From Xylanibacter ruminicola 23 (GTDB lineage Bacteria > Bacteroidota > Bacteroidia > Bacteroidales > Bacteroidaceae): a DNA stretch of 32,000 nt. The notes under the pieces are model-generated. The model was not told the DNA's origin and ran no database searches. It saw nothing but the letters and a program-made list of their open reading frames with translations. The stretch covers positions 2,070,001-2,102,000 of the forward strand of contig NC_014033.1 in the NCBI RefSeq assembly GCF_000025925.1, read 5' to 3'. Below, in pieces: positions 25,684 through 32,000 of the stretch. The position numbers were made by a program, and so were the translations under genes. The first letter of the stretch is position 1, and every line of letters begins with the position of its first letter.

Positions 25684-25730
25684 TCCCCTGATCAAGGATT
25701 AGCTTTACCAGCAGCATTATCCCAATTGGG

Positions 25731-25763
25731 TTGAGGTGACAGCAGAGACTGGTGTCACCTCAA
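25731..25763 (+). terminator. Perfect 11-bp hairpin (attenuator or terminator candidate) between the peptide ORF and the radical SAM gene
   Basis: TTGAGGTGACA (25731-25741) and TGTCACCTCAA (25753-25763), with an 11-nt loop, followed by TTATTAAATTT. Confidence 0.5.
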
Positions 25764-25786
25764 TTATTAAATTTGAACCACATGAC

Positions 25787-27124
25787 ATGAGGCAGCATTC
25801 TCAACTACAAAGCACCGACCACCTCATCTTTCCTGATGAGATTATTTTCCGACCATGCGATGAAGGATGGTTGGTTATTTCTGTGCTTACTGCCAACTGG
25901 TTGGTCATAAAATCTAACTTTCAAAAACATCTTCTACAACAGTTGATTAATGGCCACTCTATTGGCGAAGTCTATACATCTTTGCAAACCCAAGACGAAC
26001 AGACTCAATTCAAGCAACTTCTGGCTGCTATCACCGCCCGTAGTTTCGCAGGTATCAACACTGCCCCAGTTTCTCAGTACTTAGAGGGTTATCGCATGCT
26101 TAACATCTACCTCACCAATGCCTGTAATCTGCGATGCGAGCACTGTTTCATGCGCTCAGGTAAGCCATTAGACAACGAACTACCAAAGACAGAGTGGCTT
26201 CGCATCCTTACCGAGTTTCAACACCAGGGAGGTAAAAGTGTAACTTTTTCTGGAGGAGAGCCTCTGATGAACCGCGATTTTAACGACATCCTTATACATG
26301 CATCAACACTTGGTTTAGAAACCACAGTGCTATCTAATGGCATCCTTTGGACCGAGGATCGCATTAATCAGCTCGCCCCATATATCAGTCAGATACAGAT
26401 TAGCATAGATGGTTTCGACGAGGCCTCCAATGCCAAGGTGAGAGGTAAAGGACATTTCGACCGAATTGTGCATAACGTCATACTCTTCGCTAACACAGGT
26501 GCCCGCACATCTGTAGCCACCACCTTTACATTCCAGAATCTCCAGTACGATGCAGCCGAGCGTTATCAGCAGATGGTTAGTTACATCAAGAACCAATGTC
26601 AGCACTCAGTATTCTTCAAACTCAGCAAGAAGGTACTTCAAGGACGCAACACTCACTACACTGAAGCTCAGAACAAGGAGTTTTTCATGCGTATTATGGA
26701 AATTGAGCACGCCTTAGATCCTGATGCCAAGTATAATAACTTCATGGAAGGTCATACCCCTAATCTAATTGAGCGCAACTGTGGCTTTGGCGGTATCTCC
26801 ATAGGTGCCGATGGCGAGGTGTATTATTGCAATCGCATCTCTGAGGTCGATAGCTATGGTAATATCAATGGCAGACCGATAAAACCATTTATGGAAAAAG
26901 GCCATCAGCTCCACCTGCAAACTTCGGTCGATAATCTCATCCCCTGCCGTACTTGCCATCTGCGTTTTATCTGCTGTGGTGGCTGCCGCATTGACGAATG
27001 CAACTTCCAAGGCAAGCTTCAAAACCATACTGGAGCACTTCGACAGGTAAAATGTAACGATGACCAAATACACCGTATGGAACGCAAGATGATAGATAGT
27101 TATTTATTTTATTACAAATTCTAG
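25787..27124 (+). CDS. Radical SAM / SPASM-domain peptide-modifying enzyme with N-terminal PqqD-like RRE
   Basis: CX3CX2C motif NACNLRCEHCF. C-terminal Cys-rich SPASM-like region CGFGG...YYCN...CRTCHLRFICCGGCRIDEC. The N-terminal ~90 aa (GWLVISVLTANWLVIKSNFQKHLLQQLINGHSIGEVY) look like a PqqD/RRE fold. Start set to ATG 25787, because the ORF-track GTG at 25736 lies inside the hairpin. Confidence 0.8.
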   Translation: MRQHSQLQSTDHLIFPDEIIFRPCDEGWLVISVLTANWLVIKSNFQKHLLQQLINGHSIGEVYTSLQTQDEQTQFKQLLAAITARSFAGINTAPVSQYLEGYRMLNIYLTNACNLRCEHCFMRSGKPLDNELPKTEWLRILTEFQHQGGKSVTFSGGEPLMNRDFNDILIHASTLGLETTVLSNGILWTEDRINQLAPYISQIQISIDGFDEASNAKVRGKGHFDRIVHNVILFANTGARTSVATTFTFQNLQYDAAERYQQMVSYIKNQCQHSVFFKLSKKVLQGRNTHYTEAQNKEFFMRIMEIEHALDPDAKYNNFMEGHTPNLIERNCGFGGISIGADGEVYYCNRISEVDSYGNINGRPIKPFMEKGHQLHLQTSVDNLIPCRTCHLRFICCGGCRIDECNFQGKLQNHTGALRQVKCNDDQIHRMERKMIDSYLFYYKF

Positions 27125-27128
27125 ACCT

Positions 27129-29366
27129 ATGATATATCGGTTACTTTGCATCTACGAAACATACGGAAACAGCACCATCCCTCAACTCCGTATCGAAGTC
27201 AATCTGGATGGCAAGAGTTCCTCTTTGGCACCTTTCCAACGCAAGGTAACACTTAGCGACCTTCTGGCCGATGCATCCACAAATGGGCTCCACCCCTCAG
27301 CGCTATGCCAACTAATAAACCATGCAGGCCTTATCAGCCAACCATTCTGTATTGACAGCAGGCTTGTTTGTCACCCGCTTGTTCAGCGCATACTCCAGGA
27401 TCATCCCTATTCTTATGTTAAAGCCACCCCAAAATCCAGCCTCAAGCGCATCGCTAATCCACCTTCTTTCATCCATCCATCGTCTATCGTTTCAAATCTC
27501 GCATCATCCGTTCCATCAGGAGTTCTCTATATAGATAATCCCGCTTCGTGGCACCGCAACATCAAAGTACGTTTTCACTATAACGATGCACTCAGTGATT
27601 TCTATCCCACATACTCACCTCTCCCATATCTTTCTAGCTTAGGTTCGCTCATGCAGCGCAACGAACAGGCAGAAATCGAGCTCTTGAATATGTTAGGCGA
27701 GGATTACAATTCTGCCACAGCCACATTATCATTTAAGGATACAGATACCGAGAGTCTCGCAGAACTCACTAAAAAAGGCTGGACACTCTACGTATCCAGC
27801 CCCAACAAAGCCGCATATAGGCTGTATTACCATCACGAATCATCAGGCATCAACTGGTTCTCTACCGATCAAGATGTTGACCAATCCGAGTTTGCCCATC
27901 AACTCCTTGATGGCTATCTCCATCGTCGCAACTATCATGAGTACGATGGACATATAATATTGTTCAAGAAAGAGGATGCCACGATATCTGATGACAAGAC
28001 ATTGGCTCAGCAGTTAGATGCTTCCTTCGATGTACGTCAACTATATGCCGATTCCCTACCACTCACTAATGCCGAGATAAATGACATTAAAACGACTCTT
28101 ACTAATCAGCTACACGCAACACTGCGCCCCTATCAACTTGATGGAGTTATGTGGTTGCAGCAACAACGTAAAAACAATCATGGTTGCCTCTTAGCTGATG
28201 AGATGGGCCTTGGCAAAACCATTCAGATTATTGCCCATCTATGTTGTTTGGGTAATGATAGACAGCACCTGATAATTGCCCCCACCTCTTTAATATATAA
28301 TTGGCAGAACGAGGTTAGTAGGTTTGCGCCGCAATTATTACAACAGCTCACCTTTGTAAGTTACGATATGCTGCGCATACATCTTTATGAATATCTGCCA
28401 GTGTTTTACGATACAATTATAATCGACGAGGCTCAAGTGATAAAGAATCGTCAAACCAAGAAATATCAGGCCATTAGCCAATTACATTGTAAACACAAGA
28501 TAATCCTTACAGGCACTCCTATCGAGAATTCCATTGATGAGCTTTGGTCGCATTTCATCATGCTCATGCCCCCTATGCAGTCACTCTATCATCACTTGCA
28601 TGCATTGGGTATTCAAGCTGTGCCCGAGGTATATATCACTCTATCCAGCAAGTTTCTAAAGCCTTTCATACTTCGTAGAGAAAAGCAAATGGTACTACAA
28701 GATTTGCCAGACCGTATTGAGAAGACTGTATATATTGAACTTAACGAATCCGAACGAATCAAATATAAACAGGTGCATGCCACTATACTCCAAGCATTCG
28801 CTTCAGGAATAAGTGGCCGTATTAGTAGTTTGGCCTTAGAGGGCCTTCTTCGTTTACGCCAGGCTTGCATCGCTCCTAAGTACCAAACAGTTATCGACTA
28901 TATTGAGACGTTTCGTTCTGAGGGGCGCAAGGTTTTACTTTTCTCTCAATTTGTCAGCGCACTTCACGAGTTAGAGGCACGTTTGTCATCAGCAGACATT
29001 CACTTTGTAACTCTATATGGAGACACCCGTAATCGCGACATCCCTGTACGCCAGTTCCAAAGCGATTCTTCTATCACTGTATTCCTTATCAGCCTTAAGG
29101 CTGGTGGTTTCGGCCTCAATCTCACCTCTGCCGATCGAGTTATTCTTTTAGACGACTGGTGGAATCCTGCAGTCGAAGACCAAGCCATGGCACGTGCTCA
29201 TCGCATCGGCCAGAAGAACAATGTTCTTGTTCTCCGATTAGTCTGCAAAGACACTGTCGAAGAAAAAATTCTTCAACTTCAAGCTCAAAAGCGCCAAACC
29301 GTCGATCTCTTCAACAACACCTCAGAGAAGCTAACTTTAGAAGAGATTCAAGCCCTGATTACCTAG
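27129..29366 (+). CDS. SNF2-family helicase/translocase with bacterial SNF2-associated N-terminal region
   Basis: LRPYQLDGVMWL, LLADEMGLGKTIQ, DEAQVIKN, LTGTPIEN and SLKAGGFGLNLTSADRVILLDDWWNPAVEDQAMARAHRIGQ. The N-terminal part includes a GINWF...DGHIILF segment like the SNF2_assoc domain. Starts 4 nt after the radical SAM stop. Confidence 0.88.
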   Translation: MIYRLLCIYETYGNSTIPQLRIEVNLDGKSSSLAPFQRKVTLSDLLADASTNGLHPSALCQLINHAGLISQPFCIDSRLVCHPLVQRILQDHPYSYVKATPKSSLKRIANPPSFIHPSSIVSNLASSVPSGVLYIDNPASWHRNIKVRFHYNDALSDFYPTYSPLPYLSSLGSLMQRNEQAEIELLNMLGEDYNSATATLSFKDTDTESLAELTKKGWTLYVSSPNKAAYRLYYHHESSGINWFSTDQDVDQSEFAHQLLDGYLHRRNYHEYDGHIILFKKEDATISDDKTLAQQLDASFDVRQLYADSLPLTNAEINDIKTTLTNQLHATLRPYQLDGVMWLQQQRKNNHGCLLADEMGLGKTIQIIAHLCCLGNDRQHLIIAPTSLIYNWQNEVSRFAPQLLQQLTFVSYDMLRIHLYEYLPVFYDTIIIDEAQVIKNRQTKKYQAISQLHCKHKIILTGTPIENSIDELWSHFIMLMPPMQSLYHHLHALGIQAVPEVYITLSSKFLKPFILRREKQMVLQDLPDRIEKTVYIELNESERIKYKQVHATILQAFASGISGRISSLALEGLLRLRQACIAPKYQTVIDYIETFRSEGRKVLLFSQFVSALHELEARLSSADIHFVTLYGDTRNRDIPVRQFQSDSSITVFLISLKAGGFGLNLTSADRVILLDDWWNPAVEDQAMARAHRIGQKNNVLVLRLVCKDTVEEKILQLQAQKRQTVDLFNNTSEKLTLEEIQALIT

Positions 29367-29367
29367 A

Positions 29368-29706
29368 TTACAAATTCTCCTTCACATAGATTGCCACACT
29401 GATTCGTTTATTTTCATCAGCTTTTTCATCAAAACGACAGACTTTACATAGGAACAACTTATTATCATTCCATCCTGCCTCTAAAAACTTCTTAATGTCT
29501 ATCGCATCATTTTTATTCAGAACGCCAATTTTTTTTGCATCCTCCGGATTTTGAGCTTGAGTGTAAAGTGACACTTCCTTCCCGTCTTCATTAACATCCA
29601 ATTTGAAAAGAAAATTTGTTCCTAATTCTTTTATTTCCTTTAAAACCTCTAGTGCCTGGAACTGGTTAGTTTTTTCCAAATAACATTCTTTCAAATATAT
29701 ATCCAT
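29368..29706 (-). CDS. Hypothetical 112-aa protein co-transcribed with the deaminase (weak HIRAN-like resemblance)
   Basis: Starts 11 nt after the deaminase stop. The segment VSLYTQAQNPEDAKKIGVLNKNDAIDIKKFLEAG...RISVAIYV loosely recalls the HIRAN pattern (NPxD, IGxL, basic/hydrophobic C-terminal strand). This is a low-certainty call. Confidence 0.5.
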   Translation of the reverse strand: MDIYLKECYLEKTNQFQALEVLKEIKELGTNFLFKLDVNEDGKEVSLYTQAQNPEDAKKIGVLNKNDAIDIKKFLEAGWNDNKLFLCKVCRFDEKADENKRISVAIYVKENL

Positions 29707-29717
29707 AATTTCAATAA

Positions 29718-32000
29718 TTAATGTTTAAACCTTTGCTCTAATGACATTTGACGTACACGATCAAGCCAGTCAACGATAGCCCTGGGTGAATTCTTATGAT
29801 TCTCTGTCTGATTCCATTCTAAAGCCAATGCTAATAAAGAATATTCTCTTTCCAAAGATGTTGAAAACACGCCCTGATCATCAGTATTAATGGACACTGC
29901 AATATCGTGACGAGGATAAGGTGTAGAAAGCCCATAGTTAAAAAACTTCACTATAGGATGTTCATCGTAACGTTCTATCTCGCCAATCTTGTAGTTGGAT
30001 GAAGGATTGCATTCGATGGCAATATGCCTATTTTCAATCTTTTCTAACAATTGTTCCTGTATTTTTTCAAGCAATCTTACCCACTCTTCCCTATAATCTA
30101 GAGGAATTGTTAGAGTATCACCAACATTCCCCTTATCTGCATATCTATCAGAATGATATGCATCGTAAAGTCGTTTTGCGCGTTCGTTGCGTAGTGCGAC
30201 CTCAGTCCATTCATGATGATTGATGGCTGCCTTAACCCAAAGATAATCAATACCAGTCAAACTATTAAGATTCTTTGGTTCTAGATCCACACCAATTTTA
30301 GGAGAATGGCCTCTTAACAACCATGATAAGTAATAGTCCCGTATATCATCCGATAGTTCATCTTCATTTTCTTCTGTAAAAAAGGAATCAATGATGCTCT
30401 CACCTTCTTCCTCGTGATTCCTGTATATTTCTGTAAAATACTTCAAGAACATAATCTCTAACCACCCACATAGCTGTGTATATCCTGTCAAACGAATGCA
30501 TTTATGGTAAAGCCAAGCAAGATTATCCAACACGACCTGTTTACTTGCACAGATAGAGAAGCTACGCTTTGTATAATACTTAAGCACATCTGTTCCAAGA
30601 ACAAGAGCGTGGCCTAATCTGTCTCCATTCTTCAAATTTAGGAATATAAGCGCTTCTTCCACTGCTCTTAATCCATCTGCTATATCCATAAAATCCTCAC
30701 CTATATGATAAGTAACGTTTAGGTCGTCAGGATAACTATCCACATTATTATCATTCTCGATTTTATGAGATCTAAGAAATCTAAAAGCCTGCGCATACAC
30801 TTCTGGTCGGCAGAATATCTCAGAATTGGCAGCATCTAAGCCAACCACTTTACCTACCAGACAATTACCGTCTTTCCAATTATCCTTGTTACACCTAAAC
30901 TGATATATAGCATAAGCCTGTCTTTTTATTTGCTGGCGCAGATCATAATGCCTATATGATTTGTTTTTCCTCTCATCTCGCTGTTTAATAAAATGGAATA
31001 TAAAATCATAGTTATCAGTATATTTAGGATCTATCTCTTTACATATATCATTAAGCATTTTCACTATACCTGCTTCGGTTTCTTTGGGTACAATTCTAGC
31101 CTCCAAATGTCGCTGGTTATTTTTATCCTTTTCCAAAAAGCCTTCTATGGCAGCTTTGTATAGCAGATGATAATATTCATCTTGTATGAAATCTGTTTTC
31201 TTCTCTTCATAACTGGCAAAGTTAGCAAAGCCTACACGTTCATTAAGCTGCAGAATGTCATTTCTAAAGTAATTCTTATATGCCAAATATGCAAAGAAAA
31301 GAGTCGCAAGGTCCTGCTTTTCATTCGTTTTATCATTAAATAAGGTTTTAAATACCATATACATTAATTTTCTCTCCGAAGCAAGAACTTTGTTTTCAAT
31401 AGACTCACCACTATAATGACTAATAGGTATATAATCTAGGACGTCTAATTCAGTCAGATTATCTTTAATGTTGGGATTTGTTTTCAACTTATTAAACTCC
31501 TCAATACTTTTCACTTGATTGCATTTCCTTGCTTCACTAACTAACCCAAATACATCTACCGGCTCTTGACTCTTAGTTTTATCGTAGGTAACGTTATTCA
31601 ACTCATTACATAATTGGCCTAATGTAATTATCTCTTTCACACAGCCTACGGCTCCTGCCAAATAATAGCGGATAAGTGCCGCCTTTCGCATCTTCTCATA
31701 TAAGTCCTTATCGCTATCTCTATATTTATGGAATGGATACTCCTTCTCAAAGTGGCGCTGCATACACCAAATATTATTCATCATGCATTGCCAACTCAAA
31801 TCGAAATTAAACGACGAACCCTTCAAATGCATATGGAGTTCCGCCATAGGCTTTTCAAAAAGGAAGTTAAGTTCTTTGCTGTTATGGCCCAAGAATGCAT
31901 CCCAATCAAAACTCTTACGTTCATATTCTATGGCCAAGTCTCTTGAAGCCAAGAAAGAAGTTGTCAGTAAATCCTCCCCGACCAACGTTGTTAGCAGATG
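29718..32000 (-). CDS. Giant adenosine/AMP-deaminase-fold protein, RdrB (RADAR)-like; 5' end outside the window
   Basis: Ordered metal-dependent deaminase motifs ELHMHLKGS, TYHIGEDF, RLGHAL, ECNPSSN and SINTDDQGVF. About 390 aa separate HxH from HxGE, against about 200 in canonical ADA. The ORF-track start is TTG at 31985, but the frame stays open to 32000 (HLLTT upstream). Confidence 0.8.
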   Translation of the reverse strand, partial: HLLTTLVGEDLLTTSFLASRDLAIEYERKSFDWDAFLGHNSKELNFLFEKPMAELHMHLKGSSFNFDLSWQCMMNNIWCMQRHFEKEYPFHKYRDSDKDLYEKMRKAALIRYYLAGAVGCVKEIITLGQLCNELNNVTYDKTKSQEPVDVFGLVSEARKCNQVKSIEEFNKLKTNPNIKDNLTELDVLDYIPISHYSGESIENKVLASERKLMYMVFKTLFNDKTNEKQDLATLFFAYLAYKNYFRNDILQLNERVGFANFASYEEKKTDFIQDEYYHLLYKAAIEGFLEKDKNNQRHLEARIVPKETEAGIVKMLNDICKEIDPKYTDNYDFIFHFIKQRDERKNKSYRHYDLRQQIKRQAYAIYQFRCNKDNWKDGNCLVGKVVGLDAANSEIFCRPEVYAQAFRFLRSHKIENDNNVDSYPDDLNVTYHIGEDFMDIADGLRAVEEALIFLNLKNGDRLGHALVLGTDVLKYYTKRSFSICASKQVVLDNLAWLYHKCIRLTGYTQLCGWLEIMFLKYFTEIYRNHEEEGESIIDSFFTEENEDELSDDIRDYYLSWLLRGHSPKIGVDLEPKNLNSLTGIDYLWVKAAINHHEWTEVALRNERAKRLYDAYHSDRYADKGNVGDTLTIPLDYREEWVRLLEKIQEQLLEKIENRHIAIECNPSSNYKIGEIERYDEHPIVKFFNYGLSTPYPRHDIAVSINTDDQGVFSTSLEREYSLLALALEWNQTENHKNSPRAIVDWLDRVRQMSLEQRFKH

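Noticed and set aside
25736-25786. ORF-track GTG start of the radical SAM gene, and similar TTG/GTG extensions at 6924, 14150, 18390, 19646 and 24491
   Set aside because: In each case an in-frame ATG lies a few codons downstream with better context: a signal peptide or family-typical N-terminus, a promoter box upstream, or the extension overlapping a hairpin. I trimmed the coordinates accordingly. Residual uncertainty is about 10-50 nt.
24481-29188. Minus-strand ORFs 24481-24687, 25253-25456, 26330-26605, 26765-27073, 28613-28870 and 29000-29188
   Set aside because: They are antisense to the M42, radical SAM and SNF2 genes, which all carry clear family motifs. I treat them as shadow ORFs.
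29718-32000. Interpreting the deaminase as Cad1 (CARF-fused, type III CRISPR-associated adenosine deaminase) or as metabolic AMP deaminase
   Set aside because: No CARF region, cas gene or CRISPR array is visible. The deaminase fold alone spans about 700 aa, larger than I recall for Cad1. The AT-rich accessory context argues against a housekeeping enzyme. This cannot be fully excluded, because the N-terminus and upstream gene lie outside the window.
17572-32000. Prophage, ICE or transposon as the explanation for the AT-rich region
   Set aside because: I could not recognise an integrase, transposase, terminal inverted repeats, tRNA target, or phage structural or conjugation genes in the window. 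It is described only as a defence/accessory island of unknown mobility.

Overview
This is a Bacteroidota-type chromosome segment, Prevotella/Bacteroides-like by gene content, TAnnTTTG promoter boxes and the nuo layout without nuoEFG. The left ~17.6 kb is GC-richer core, all on the minus strand. It carries nuoL(partial)-K-J-I-H-CD-B-A, an NPP/alkaline-phosphatase-family enzyme and a complete mannobiose-type mannan operon (CE7-like esterase::GH26 mannanase fusion, GH130 phosphorylase, GPH symporter, AGE-family 2-epimerase). It also carries an Fe/Mn superoxide dismutase, a tandem-beta-barrel::PAP2 fusion protein and a WbaP/WcaJ-type sugar transferase. From ~17.8 kb the DNA turns visibly AT-rich and becomes an accessory/defence island. 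The island holds an AAA_21 ATPase + RloB-like pair (AbiL/PARIS-like), a helicase-associated-domain minigene, a 3-TM protein and an overlapped trio of small genes (one DUF4160-like). It also holds a P-loop / Zn-ribbon-DUF4145 / Abi-alpha operon. A plus-strand block (24.5-29.4 kb) carries an M42 peptidase, a 36-aa Cys-containing ORF absent from the ORF track, a perfect hairpin and an RRE+SPASM radical SAM enzyme. An SNF2 helicase starts 4 nt after the radical SAM stop. The window ends with a minus-strand operon: a very large adenosine-deaminase-fold protein (RdrB/RADAR-like, 5' end outside the window) followed by a 112-aa protein. The most unusual items are the peptide/radical-SAM/SNF2 coupling, the three-gene Abi-alpha operon and the giant deaminase. 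Also unusual is a recurrent 7-8 nt periodic A/T-rich repeat that forms the leaders before many start codons and is embedded in frame in three ORFs. I recognised no rRNA, tRNA, CRISPR array, integrase or transposase. All family assignments come from motif recognition by eye, not from database searches.
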